Part shown: positions 37,485-47,064 of the stretch, in pieces | Layout of the letters: each line of letters begins with the position of its first letter | How positions within the stretch are numbered: the stretch's first letter is position 1 | Assembly (NCBI GenBank): GCA_045863235.1 | Contig: BTUM01000026.1 | Coordinates: 21,468-85,467 of the forward strand | Origin: Candidatus Xenobia bacterium | Lineage (GTDB): Bacteria; Vulcanimicrobiota; Xenobia; Xenobiales; QWHO01 | Length of the DNA: 64,000 nt | Reading direction: 5' to 3' | The notes under the pieces: model-generated | Seen by the model: only the letters and a program-made list of their open reading frames with translations | Told to the model about the DNA's origin: nothing | Databases searched by the model: none | Translations under genes and position numbers: made by a program

Positions 37485-37772
37485 ATGCAAGAAACCATCG
37501 ACGTCCCCATCTGTGTGTCCCGGGTCGTTCCCTTCGAGCCGCTGGAAGGGAGCAAGGCCCTGGCGGCCGTGCTGTTGACCGTCGGGCCGTTGTCGGTCTG
37601 GTGCCGGATCTTTGTGGACCCCAAAGGCCAACCTTTCCTGTCGATGCCCTCGCGCAAGGGGAAGGAGGACCGCTACTACCAGGCGGCCTACTTCTCCGAC
37701 CGTCGCTTCCATGAGCAGGCCGAGCGCCTGGCTGTCGAGGCCTACCGCAAGAGCGACATCTCCAACAACTGA
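37485..37772 (+). CDS. SpoVG-family nucleic-acid-binding protein
   Basis: FLSMPSRK..Y....F..R, VEAY; AAGGAG RBS. Confidence 0.75.
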   Translation: MQETIDVPICVSRVVPFEPLEGSKALAAVLLTVGPLSVWCRIFVDPKGQPFLSMPSRKGKEDRYYQAAYFSDRRFHEQAERLAVEAYRKSDISNN

Positions 37773-37857
37773 TGGGTTGAGCGTTCCGTGCTGAAGGTTT
37801 TGCCTCTCCTTCGGCAACGACAAACCCGCAGCACTTCACGATATCCATTAGTCAGGT

Positions 37858-37887
37858 AGGGCGCGCCCCCTGCGGGGCGCGCCCTTT
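37858..37887 (+). terminator. Intrinsic terminator
   Basis: AGGGCGCGCCCC-CTGC-GGGGCGCGCCCT followed by TT. Confidence 0.7.
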
Positions 37888-37926
37888 CCAGGTTCTTTCA
37901 GCCTCGGGTGCGAATCTTAGCCGACA

Positions 37927-39366
37927 GTGAACATCCCTCATCGCACTCCCCCCACCCGAGTCCACCTGGTCACCTGGATGGACGCCACCGAGGCCGTCAT
38001 CGAGCCGATGGCGGTGGATAGCCTCAACAGCATCGAAGACGCCCGGGCCATCGCGGGCAACCAGTTCACCGGGGAGATGATGCTCGAGCGCAAGGTCATG
38101 CCGTTCGGTCGAAAGATGGCCACGGGGGTGGTCAAACTGGGAGCGCTGGTGGCAGCCGGAGCGAGCGTGGCTCTGGGCGCGGGCCTGGCCATAAGCGGGA
38201 GTCCGCTGCTGGGGCTGGGACTGGCCGCCGCCGGAGCGGGCGTGATCCACAAATTTGGCACCTCCCTCTTCCTGCGGGGCGCCGGGCACGTCTACTCGGC
38301 AATGCTGGGCAGAAAGATGGCCGAGCCCGCCTGGAGCGGCGTGCGCACCTACGAGGTGACGGCCAACACCTCCAAGGCGCTCGACTCCAGACTGGTGTCC
38401 GAGAAACCTCTCGAGACCAGGCGCGACCTGCCTTCCATCAGCGACTTTCTGGCCAACGGAATGAAAAAGTATCCCAAGGAAGACATCACGGTCGTGCACA
38501 TGATGGGTCACGGGCTGGGCTATCGCCAGACGGCCGGATTGCCTTACCAGGAGTATCGGACGGTGGTGGACGAGACGGTGCAGAAAGCCGGCCGTCCCAT
38601 CGACGTGCTGTTGCTCGAGTCGTGCCTGGAAGGCAACCTCGAAGCCGTGGCCGGCATCGGGGACAGGGCACGCTTCGTGCTGGTCAGCCAGGAAACCATC
38701 AATGCCGGGGCCGTGGGGGAGCTGCTCTTGAGCACGACCGCTCGCACTACCGGCACGACCTTCACGCCCGAGAAGTGGGGCAAGACCATGGTGGAGTCAG
38801 CCCGGGTCATGGGCGGATCCTCCCAGCCCGAGACGCTGGCCCTGGTGGATACCCGGAAACTGCCCGCGGTCACGCAAGCCCTGGACGAGCTGGGGGCTCT
38901 GCTGCAGGCCGAGGTCGGCTCCAACGCCGAGGCCCTGACCGCGGCCGTGAAGGCCACCCAGCTCTATCCCAAGGATTGGCCCCACCGCTCCACCGGCGAG
39001 AAACTGGGGATGGGCGACCTGGGCCACTTCTGTCGCAATCTGCAGCGGGTCTACATGGGGAAGTCGATCACCCGGAAAAGCGGCCTGGGGCCCTTCAAGT
39101 CACAAACCGACGTCTCGTTTCCACAGGCCGCCGCCTCGCCGCGCGCGGCCGCCATCCTGGAGGCGGCCGTGAAAGTGCGCGAGCTGGTGGACGAAGCGGT
39201 CGTCGCGCGCCACACCGTGCAGCGCTATGACGAGGCCTGCGGCCTCTCGGTGCAGCTCCCCACCAGCTCGCTGGCGCGCCTCGACAAGAAGTTCATGCCT
39301 TTTGCCGACAGCGCGGCGCCGCCAAACTGGCAGGGTTTCGTGCGTACCATGAGCGCCCGGGTTTGA
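37927..39366 (+). CDS. Clostripain-related (C11) cysteine peptidase with N-terminal TM hairpin
   Basis: MMGHGLGY His, DVLLLESCLEG Cys, SQE, TLALVD, DLGHF, GLSVQLP. Confidence 0.8.
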   Translation: MNIPHRTPPTRVHLVTWMDATEAVIEPMAVDSLNSIEDARAIAGNQFTGEMMLERKVMPFGRKMATGVVKLGALVAAGASVALGAGLAISGSPLLGLGLAAAGAGVIHKFGTSLFLRGAGHVYSAMLGRKMAEPAWSGVRTYEVTANTSKALDSRLVSEKPLETRRDLPSISDFLANGMKKYPKEDITVVHMMGHGLGYRQTAGLPYQEYRTVVDETVQKAGRPIDVLLLESCLEGNLEAVAGIGDRARFVLVSQETINAGAVGELLLSTTARTTGTTFTPEKWGKTMVESARVMGGSSQPETLALVDTRKLPAVTQALDELGALLQAEVGSNAEALTAAVKATQLYPKDWPHRSTGEKLGMGDLGHFCRNLQRVYMGKSITRKSGLGPFKSQTDVSFPQAAASPRAAAILEAAVKVRELVDEAVVARHTVQRYDEACGLSVQLPTSSLARLDKKFMPFADSAAPPNWQGFVRTMSARV

Positions 39367-39490
39367 AGGCCGGGGAAACGACCACCAGGTCGATGTCGCT
39401 GTCGATCCAGTGGTCTCCCCGGGCGCGCGAGCCGAAGACGGCCAGGCACTCCACCGGCAGTCTCGGCTGCAGGGCCTGAAGATAGCGGGT
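39365..39490 (-). pseudogene. Remnant of a minimal nucleotidyltransferase (MNT, antitoxin-type)
   Basis: Own translation: TRYLQALQPRLPVECLAVFGSRARGDHWIDSDIDLVVVSPAF; no nearby start codon, C-terminal half missing. Confidence 0.75.
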
Positions 39491-40674
39491 TACATCACCC
39501 GGCTGGCCAGGTCGGCCAGGGGCATGAGCACCGACAGCACCAGCCCGCCCACCAGCAGGCCCATCACCAGGATCAGGCCCGGCTCGAGGTAGCGCACCAT
39601 CAGAGCCCGGCGCCGCTCCAACTCGCGATCATAGAAGCTGGCGGCCGACTTGAGCATGGGCTCGAGCTCGCCCGAGCGAACGCCGGTCTTGAGGAATTGC
39701 TGCAAGAGCGGGGGCACCAGGTAGCTTCGCGAGATCGCGTCGGCGATGCTCTCGCCTCGCTCGACGGCCGTCTCGGCGTGGCGCAGCTCGAGGTCCATGG
39801 CCAGGTTGCCCACCACCTCGCGGCTCATGGACAGGGCTCGCAGGAGGGGCACTCCCGCCCCGTGCAGCATGCCCAGCGTGCGGGCCCAGCGAGACATCAG
39901 CCCGCAGCGCTCCAGCGGACCCAGCAGGGGCAAGCGCAAGCGCAGGTGGTCCAGGGTCACCGGGGGTGTGAGCCGTCGCACCAGGTAGACCAGCAAGCCC
40001 ACCCCGACCACCACCAGGGGTCCGTAGGTGCGCAGGATGCCCCCCACGGCCACCACCAGCCGGGTGATCGGGGGCAAGGGCGCTTCGATTGCGCCGTACA
40101 TCTCGTTGAGCACCGGCGTCAAAAAGGCCAGCAGCCCGAAGAAGAGCAAACTGGAGAGCACCACCAGCATGATCGGGTAGGTGAGGGCGCTCGCCAGGGC
40201 TCGCTGGTGCTCGAGATCGCGGGCCAGGAACTCGGCGTAACGCTCGAGGATCTCGGCCGGCTTGCCCGCTTCCTCGCCGGCCTGCACCATGCGCACCAGC
40301 ATGGGCGGAAAGATGCCCTCTTCCGCCATCGAGCCGGCCAGCGTCTCGCCCTCGCGCAGGCGCACCCGCACGCGAGCGAAGGCGCGCCCGAGCTTGACGC
40401 TCTCGGCGTTGTGGGAAAGCGAGTCCAGGGCCTCGTCCATGGGGATGCTCGAGCGCAGCAGGGCAGCCAGTTGCAGAATGCCGTAGGCCAGGGCGTCATC
40501 GGCTTTGGCCCCGGTGGAACGAGCCCGGGCAGCGCCCACGTCTTCCTGCACCTGGGTGGGGAACAGCCCGCGTCCGCGCAGCTTCTCGTAGGCTCCTGCC
40601 CGCGAGCCGGCGTCCACCAGGCCGCGCAGGGCGCGACCGGCCGGGTCGGTGGCCTGGTAATGGTAGAGCGGCAT
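39490..40674 (-). CDS. gspF: Type II secretion inner membrane platform protein F
   Basis: MPLYHYQA, VREGETLA-like, AGEEAG, ALTYP, LEPGLIL. Confidence 0.9.
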   Translation of the reverse strand: MPLYHYQATDPAGRALRGLVDAGSRAGAYEKLRGRGLFPTQVQEDVGAARARSTGAKADDALAYGILQLAALLRSSIPMDEALDSLSHNAESVKLGRAFARVRVRLREGETLAGSMAEEGIFPPMLVRMVQAGEEAGKPAEILERYAEFLARDLEHQRALASALTYPIMLVVLSSLLFFGLLAFLTPVLNEMYGAIEAPLPPITRLVVAVGGILRTYGPLVVVGVGLLVYLVRRLTPPVTLDHLRLRLPLLGPLERCGLMSRWARTLGMLHGAGVPLLRALSMSREVVGNLAMDLELRHAETAVERGESIADAISRSYLVPPLLQQFLKTGVRSGELEPMLKSAASFYDRELERRRALMVRYLEPGLILVMGLLVGGLVLSVLMPLADLASRVM

Positions 40675-40679
40675 CCTCG

Positions 40680-42131
40680 CTACATCCGCGAGACGCGCAG
40701 AGCTTCCTCGCTCGAGGTCAGCCCACGCGAGACCTTGATCCCGGCATCCTCCACCAGCGAGCGCATGCCGCGCTCCTGGGCGGCCCGACGCAGCGCCCGG
40801 GCATCTTCCGAGCGAGCGATGCGGCTGGCCAGGTCGGAGTCGACCACCATCAGCTCGAAGACGCCCATGCGGCCCTTGTAGCCGGTATTGAGACAGGCGG
40901 CGCAGCCTCCGGGGCGGTGAAACTGAGGATTCTCGGGCATGCTGGCGAAGCCCAGCTGGCGCAGCTCGGTGGCCTCCGGCTTGTAGGGCTTCTTGCAGTG
41001 CGGACAGAGGCGCCGCACCAGGCGCTGGGCCATCACCCCTAGAAGCGAGCTGGACAAAAGATAAGGCGGAACGCCCAGGTCGAGCAGTCGCGAAGCGGCC
41101 GTGGGGGCGTCGTTGGTGTGCAGGGTGGACAGCACCATGTGGCCGGTGAGCGCGGCGTGGATGGCGATCTCAGCCGTCTCGGGGTCGCGAATCTCGCCCA
41201 CCATCAGGATGTCGGGGTCTTGCCGCAGCACCGAGCGCAGGCCGGCCGCGAAGGTCACCCCGATCTTCTCGTTGACCTGGATCTGGCCCACGCCGGCCAC
41301 CTGGTACTCGACCGGGTCCTCGATGGTGATGATGTTGCAGTGGGGCGAGCGCAGCGTCTGCAGGAACGCGTAGAGGGTGGTGGTCTTGCCCGAGCCGGTG
41401 GGTCCGGTCACCAGCACCAGGCCGTAGGGGTGGCTCAGAATGTCGCTGATGACCTTCTGCTCGGTGGGCGTGAAGCCGAGCTGATCCATCGAGAAGAGCC
41501 GGATGTCTTTCTCCAGCAGTCGCAGCACCACCCGCTCGCCGTGCAGGGTGGGCACGCACGACACGCGCACGTCGATGTGCCGCTCGCCCGAGTGCACGTG
41601 CAGACGACCGTCCTGGGGCCGCCGGGTCTCGGCCAGGTCGAGCCGGGCCATCACCTTGAGCCGGGCCGCCATCTGGGCGTGGCGTGAGCGGGGCACGCGG
41701 TGGATCTCGTGCAGCACGCCGTCCACGCGCATGCGCACCAGCGACTCCTCCTCGTAAGGCTCGACGTGAATATCGGAGGCGCCGTTTTGCATGGCCTCCA
41801 GGAAGATGGCGTTGATCAGTCGCACCACCGGGGCGCCGGCGGCTTCGGTGAGGAGGTCTTGCGAGGTGGGCACCTCGATGTTGGGCGTACCGTCCTCGCC
41901 GCCGGAGCGAGAGCGGGTATCCTCGACGAGCATCCGGCGCAGGCCGTCCTCGATCTCGTCCAGGCTCATCACCACGGCCCGCACGTCCTTGCGCAGGGCC
42001 AGCCGGATGTCCTCGAGCAGATCACGGGGCGTGCCCTGGTGGATGCCGACAGTGACCCGATCGAGCGCGTCCTCGATGGGAAGGATGCGGTGGCGCTGCC
42101 AGAAGTCGAGCGGAATCTCGCTCTTGATCAA
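40680..42131 (-). CDS. gspE: Type II secretion ATPase E
   Basis: ASDIHVEP, PQDGR, GPTGSGKTTT, LRQDPD, tetracysteine motif. Confidence 0.95.
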   Translation of the reverse strand: MIKSEIPLDFWQRHRILPIEDALDRVTVGIHQGTPRDLLEDIRLALRKDVRAVVMSLDEIEDGLRRMLVEDTRSRSGGEDGTPNIEVPTSQDLLTEAAGAPVVRLINAIFLEAMQNGASDIHVEPYEEESLVRMRVDGVLHEIHRVPRSRHAQMAARLKVMARLDLAETRRPQDGRLHVHSGERHIDVRVSCVPTLHGERVVLRLLEKDIRLFSMDQLGFTPTEQKVISDILSHPYGLVLVTGPTGSGKTTTLYAFLQTLRSPHCNIITIEDPVEYQVAGVGQIQVNEKIGVTFAAGLRSVLRQDPDILMVGEIRDPETAEIAIHAALTGHMVLSTLHTNDAPTAASRLLDLGVPPYLLSSSLLGVMAQRLVRRLCPHCKKPYKPEATELRQLGFASMPENPQFHRPGGCAACLNTGYKGRMGVFELMVVDSDLASRIARSEDARALRRAAQERGMRSLVEDAGIKVSRGLTSSEEALRVSRM

Positions 42132-44602
42132 GGCGCCTTTTGCTCCAGCCGAAGCTGGCGCGGAACCGGCAGGCGCGCCACCAGCTCATCGCCCACGTAG
42201 GCGCGCACGTCGAACTCGTAGACCCCGGCTTTCTCGGGGAAGCGCACGGCCGGCAGGGAAATGTCCGCCTCCTGGCCCGAGGGCAGCTCGAGCTTTTGCT
42301 CTTCCAGGCGCACCTGGCGCCCGTCGGGGGTGATCAGGTAGCCCACCAGGGTGACGGTGGTATCCGCGCCGCGCGAGTTCAGCACCGAGACCACCGGCAG
42401 GCCCACGCCCCCGAGCTGCAGGGGCGAGTCGAAGCGGAAGTCGCCCAGCGAGATCCCCGTTCCCCGGCTGGCGCCGGGCTGGGTCTCCGGGGTCACATAG
42501 GGGTCATAGGGGTCGGGCTTGATGGTCGGCTGGGGCTCGGTCTGCTGCTCGCCCGGCTCCTGGTTGCCGCGCAGGAACTTTTGATAGGGCCGATCGACAT
42601 CCTCCAGACCCTTGCTGGAGTCGACGATGTGAGGGGTGATGGAGATGAAGAGGGTGGTCTTGTCCTCTTCCTTGCGCATGTCGCGGAACACCGCGCCGAT
42701 GAGCGGGATGTCGCCGAGCAGGGGCACCTTCTTCATCGTCTCCACGGTCTTCTTGGAGATGAGGCCGCCGATCATGACCGTCTCGCCGTCGCCCAGCGTG
42801 AGCGTGGTGTTCACGTTGCGATTGGAGATGATGGGCACCACGTAGCCGAAGCCGCCCAGGTTCTGCTGCAGGAAGTCCGTGACTTCCTGGATCTTCTGCT
42901 TGATCTCCAGGCGCACCCGGGTGGACTGGGAGATGTTGGGGGTGACCTTGAGCTGGATGCCCACCTCGCGGTAGTCGTAGGTGACCAGCGGCTGACCGAA
43001 GGTGTCGAAACGAGCCCCGGTGGCGAACGGCACCACCTGGCCCACGTTGATCTCGGCTTCCTTGTGGTCTTCAGTCAGCACGCGCGGAGCCGAGATCAAG
43101 TTGAAGTCGGAGTTCTCACGCAGAGCCGAGATCAAGCCGAAGGCTTCCGGCACCTCGACGTCCCGGCCGCCGACGTTGATGGTGCGAGTGCCCGAGGCCA
43201 CCGCGCCCACCAGGAAGTTGCCCGAGGCCAGGAAGCTGAGCAAGCCCTCCTCGGTGACCCCGCCCTGGAAGGCCGACAGAACGCCGCCGGGTGTGATCAC
43301 CTGGAAGTTGGACTTCTGGGTCAGGATGCGGCCGAGCGAGACTTCGGCCACCACGCAGGTCACCAGCACTTGCTTGCGAGCAAGGTCCAGCCGGCTGATG
43401 ACGGGGACCAGGTCGTCATACTCGGAAGGCGAGACGAACAGCACCAGCGAGTTGGTCTCGGCATCGGCGGCCACCTTGGCGCTTACGAAGGTGCGCGAGC
43501 GCACCGGCTCGTCCTTGCCGGTGGCGTTGACCGAATAGCTCGGGTAAGGCTGATTGACGTCGGGCTGGCCGGGCGCTCCCGGGCTGGGCACCGCCGAGGG
43601 GGTGGGCGCGGTACCCGGCACGTTGCTTCCCTGCTTGTTCTCCTGATCGCTCTGAGCCTTCCGCTCCTGGAGCATCTCGGAGAGGATCTTGGCCACGTCC
43701 TCGGCCTTGGCGTTCTGCAGCGAGTAAACGAAAAAGCGCGGCTTCTCGATGACGTCGGGGGCGGCCGTAGGGATGTCCAGGCGGGTCATCAGCTTCTTGA
43801 TCTGCTGGATCTGGTCGGCCGGGCCCTGGATCAGGACCGCGTTGGCCGGCGGGAAGGCCTGGATGACCGTGTCCGTTCCCGACTTGACGTAGAGCTGCTG
43901 CAGCACGGGCACCAGCTTCTCCGCCTCGGCGTAGCGGGGGAAGAGAATGGACTGGTGAGACTTGGGCGAGACCGTGTCCATGTGCTTGGCCAGTTGGGCG
44001 ATACGGGAGACCACGTCGGCCCGGTCAGCGATCACCAGGGCCTTGCCCGGCACGTAGGCTGACATGAAGCCGGTCTCGGTCAGAAGCGGCCGGACCACGT
44101 TCTGCAGGGTATCCGGATTGGCTTGCTTGAGGATCAACAGGGCCAGCACCGGCTCTTGCCGGCTGGTCACCGTGGAGCCCGGGTTGGTGATCAGGGGGGC
44201 TTCGCGGCGCCCCTCGGCCAGGGGAAGAACCTGCACGAAGTTGCCCCGGTCGCGAACCGTGAAGCCGTAGCGGATCAGGGAGGTCTTGAAGATGTCCCAG
44301 GCCTCGTCCGGGGTCACCTCGCGCGAGGAGAGGACCGTCACCTTGCCCTGCACCCGATCGTCCACCACGATGTTGCGCCCCGTGAGCACCGACATGATCT
44401 TGGCCATGTCCTTGATGTCGAGGCTCTCGTAATTCATGAGCAACCGACCGCTGCGGAGCTGATCGGCCATTTCGGGAGAGATCAGCGGCCCTTTCGGTTT
44501 GGGCGGTTGCGGCGGCTGGGCATAAGCGCCGCCCGTCAGGCTAAGCAAAATGCTCACCATGACCAGCAAGAATGCTATTTTGCTGCGGGGTTGAGGCTCC
44601 AT
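42128..44602 (-). CDS. gspD: Type II secretion secretin D with extra C-terminal beta domain
   Basis: Signal peptide, N0-N3 domains, VPLLGDIPLIGAVF secretin motif. Confidence 0.93.
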   Translation of the reverse strand: MEPQPRSKIAFLLVMVSILLSLTGGAYAQPPQPPKPKGPLISPEMADQLRSGRLLMNYESLDIKDMAKIMSVLTGRNIVVDDRVQGKVTVLSSREVTPDEAWDIFKTSLIRYGFTVRDRGNFVQVLPLAEGRREAPLITNPGSTVTSRQEPVLALLILKQANPDTLQNVVRPLLTETGFMSAYVPGKALVIADRADVVSRIAQLAKHMDTVSPKSHQSILFPRYAEAEKLVPVLQQLYVKSGTDTVIQAFPPANAVLIQGPADQIQQIKKLMTRLDIPTAAPDVIEKPRFFVYSLQNAKAEDVAKILSEMLQERKAQSDQENKQGSNVPGTAPTPSAVPSPGAPGQPDVNQPYPSYSVNATGKDEPVRSRTFVSAKVAADAETNSLVLFVSPSEYDDLVPVISRLDLARKQVLVTCVVAEVSLGRILTQKSNFQVITPGGVLSAFQGGVTEEGLLSFLASGNFLVGAVASGTRTINVGGRDVEVPEAFGLISALRENSDFNLISAPRVLTEDHKEAEINVGQVVPFATGARFDTFGQPLVTYDYREVGIQLKVTPNISQSTRVRLEIKQKIQEVTDFLQQNLGGFGYVVPIISNRNVNTTLTLGDGETVMIGGLISKKTVETMKKVPLLGDIPLIGAVFRDMRKEEDKTTLFISITPHIVDSSKGLEDVDRPYQKFLRGNQEPGEQQTEPQPTIKPDPYDPYVTPETQPGASRGTGISLGDFRFDSPLQLGGVGLPVVSVLNSRGADTTVTLVGYLITPDGRQVRLEEQKLELPSGQEADISLPAVRFPEKAGVYEFDVRAYVGDELVARLPVPRQLRLEQKAP

Positions 44603-45309
44603 GTCGGCTTGGCCCAGGTCCCTCCCAGGCGCACCGATCCTTTAATATTTCCGGCCTGCATGTCAAGTACCCCGGCCAGCAAAGGGGAGGGCTGATCGGG
44701 CGCCGAGCGAATCTCCACGCTGCCCGCGCCCGTTAAATTTTCTCCCGAGAGGCGCACCTCGGCCAGGATCTCGGTGCCCGGGCCGGGCTTGGAGGGACGG
44801 ATCTGCACCGGAGCCCCCAGTTCGACTCCACCGAGCGGGATGGGCAGCGGCACGTTCAGCTTGGGCAGCACCATCCCGATGTCCCCTTTCCCCTCCAAGG
44901 TGGCCAGGGAGTAGCTGAAATTCTTCACCGTCACCAGAGCATCGCCCAGGTCGGCGCTGCCGGTGGTGACCTTGAGCGACCGGGCGGTAATCGAGAGCAA
45001 GCGCGAGCGGTCGAGGGTGAGACTGGCGCTGCCCTCGCTCTGGCGCACGGTGGCCGAAAGGCCTCCAAAGGTGGGGCGCAGGGTGGCTCGGGTCAGCTCC
45101 ACGCGGCTGTTACCCGGCATGCGCACCCGCACATTGCGAAGCTCCACCCCAAGCGGACCGGCGTCCTCGCCGTCCCAGGCGATCTGGGCCCCGGTGGCCT
45201 GGCTGATCTGATAGAGCGAACGCTTGACGGCCGCCTCGTAAGGGAACCGCAACACCAGAAAGAGCAAGAACAAGACCAGCCCCACCACGATCTTCCCAAG
45301 GACGCTCAC
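44575..45309 (-). CDS. gspN: Type II secretion protein N
   Basis: N-terminal TM then LRFPYE, beta-rich, ends GTWAKP; position in cluster. Confidence 0.7.
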   Translation of the reverse strand: MSVLGKIVVGLVLFLLFLVLRFPYEAAVKRSLYQISQATGAQIAWDGEDAGPLGVELRNVRVRMPGNSRVELTRATLRPTFGGLSATVRQSEGSASLTLDRSRLLSITARSLKVTTGSADLGDALVTVKNFSYSLATLEGKGDIGMVLPKLNVPLPIPLGGVELGAPVQIRPSKPGPGTEILAEVRLSGENLTGAGSVEIRSAPDQPSPLLAGVLDMQAGNIKGSVRLGGTWAKPTWSLNPAAK

Positions 45310-45743
45310 GGGCGGCCGCCCACCTCGAGCACCAGGTTGACGGTCCAACTGCCGTCCCCGTCCGGATCGGACAAAATCAAGTGGGGAATGCGCAGAGCCA
45401 CCTGCGTGAACTGGGAGAAAAGCTCCGAGACCTCGACCGGGCTCATGCGCCGCAGCCGAATCGTGATTCCGGTCTTGGTGGGCTGGTTGTTCTCGACCTT
45501 CTCCTGGAATTTCTTGAGCGGGTTGGCAGCCAGCCAGCCGGGCAGATCCGGGGTGGGGGCCGGGCGGGTCTTGAGCAGAGCCGGGTCGATCCCCGACACC
45601 AGCGTCTCGGCCCGCTGGCGAGCCAGATCCAGAGTGTCGATCTCCAGCGCCAACCGGGCGTTGGCCTGCCCCCGGACGATGCCGTAAATCAGGCCCAGCA
45701 AAATGATGGAAGCCGTGAGAATGAGGGGCAGGCGCTGTCTCAC
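45306..45743 (-). CDS. gspM: Type II secretion protein M-like
   Basis: TM, coiled coil and small alpha/beta domain between gspL and gspN. Confidence 0.6.
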   Translation of the reverse strand: MRQRLPLILTASIILLGLIYGIVRGQANARLALEIDTLDLARQRAETLVSGIDPALLKTRPAPTPDLPGWLAANPLKKFQEKVENNQPTKTGITIRLRRMSPVEVSELFSQFTQVALRIPHLILSDPDGDGSWTVNLVLEVGGRP

Positions 45744-47062
45744 TCGCGCACCCTCCCCTCGATCATGAAGCGCACCTTGCCACTGGAGAGGTTCTCGGTG
45801 CGGGGCATCTCCACCGCCTCGAACACCTTCGAGAGGTTCTGGCGCACTTCGTCGGCAGCCTGGATGGAGTCGGCCTGGCCCTCGAGCTGGAACTTGCCCG
45901 AGTCAAGCTGAATGCGACGCAGCAGGGCCTCCGAGCCGAGCGGCTCCTTGAGAGAGGCCACCACCTCGGCCAGCGCCTCGGGGGAGAGCTGCCGGTCCTT
46001 GCGCGCGGTCGTGAGACGCGCCTGAAGCTGAGTGATCTGCTGCTCGGGATGCTCCTTGGGATTGGTCCCCAATCCCCGCATGGTGGCCGCGAACGCCTGG
46101 CGGGCCTGAGTCCGCTGCCCGAGCAGCAGGCGATGGCGCGTCTCCAGGTCGGCCACCAGCAGAGCCAGCAGCACGCAGGCGGCGATCCAGGCTCGTCCCA
46201 GCGTGACCGGAGAGGATCGAGCGCTGACCCGGGGCTCCTGCAGGCGGACCCGCGGCTGGTTGGGACGCACCGCCAGCGCGGCGCCATAAGCTGGAACGTG
46301 CTCGTAGGGCGAGAGGGAATCAGGCAGCGGGAAGAGCTGCGGCTCCACGCCGAGCTTGGCCTTGAGCAGGGAATTGAGCCCCGGCATGGCCGCCCCGCCC
46401 CCGCACAGCAGAACGTGCTCGTAGGGCAGAGGGGTGGGGAGGAAGGCCTCCTCGAGCAAATCGTCCACCATCTGGCGGCACTCGGCCAGCTCCAACCCGC
46501 GCTCGCGCTTCTGCTTCTCAGCGTCGGTGTGGGTCAGGTTGCGCTTGCTGGCCAGCAGGGCGGTCAGGCTGATGCCGCCGCGCATCAACACGCGCACCCA
46601 CTCCAGCTGGCCGTCTTGAATGCCGCAGAATGTGGTTCGCGAGGCGCCCAGGTCGATCACCAGGGCGCTCTGCACCCCGGCCGCCAGGGCGGCCCGGAGG
46701 TAGGTGAGCGGCTCGGCGTCCAGGCTGGCCTGATCGCCCACGTCGCGGCGCAACCGCTCGAGCCGGTCGAGTGGAGCCACCACAACCCAGGCCTGGCCTC
46801 CCTGCTCGGTCCAGTCCCAGGCCGCCTCCTCGAGCGGGAATGGCAGCGAGAAGGAGAGCTCCTCGCGCAGCACGCGCCGGCGCACCTCGCGGCCGGCGGG
46901 GGGCACCGAAAGCCTTCGGAAGGTGCACAGGTCGGACGGGACCGAGGCGTTGGCCCGGGCCGGTGGATCCCCCTCCACCTCCCTGGCGGCGCCCCAAAGC
47001 AAACCCACCGAGACCTGACGGGTCCCGGTGGTTCCTACATCCAGACCGGTTTTGCGGAGCAT
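45740..47062 (-). CDS. gspL: Type II secretion protein L (PilM-like actin fold fused to PilN-like domain)
   Basis: GLDVG, LPFPLEE, IDLGASRT, LCGGGA, then TM and LEGQA. Confidence 0.8.
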   Translation of the reverse strand: MLRKTGLDVGTTGTRQVSVGLLWGAAREVEGDPPARANASVPSDLCTFRRLSVPPAGREVRRRVLREELSFSLPFPLEEAAWDWTEQGGQAWVVVAPLDRLERLRRDVGDQASLDAEPLTYLRAALAAGVQSALVIDLGASRTTFCGIQDGQLEWVRVLMRGGISLTALLASKRNLTHTDAEKQKRERGLELAECRQMVDDLLEEAFLPTPLPYEHVLLCGGGAAMPGLNSLLKAKLGVEPQLFPLPDSLSPYEHVPAYGAALAVRPNQPRVRLQEPRVSARSSPVTLGRAWIAACVLLALLVADLETRHRLLLGQRTQARQAFAATMRGLGTNPKEHPEQQITQLQARLTTARKDRQLSPEALAEVVASLKEPLGSEALLRRIQLDSGKFQLEGQADSIQAADEVRQNLSKVFEAVEMPRTENLSSGKVRFMIEGRVRE

Positions 47063-47064
47063 GA

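Noticed and set aside
37895..37926. Sigma28-like promoter (GCCGACA) before leader-bearing genes
   Set aside because: No correctly spaced TAAA -35 here or at the other candidate genes
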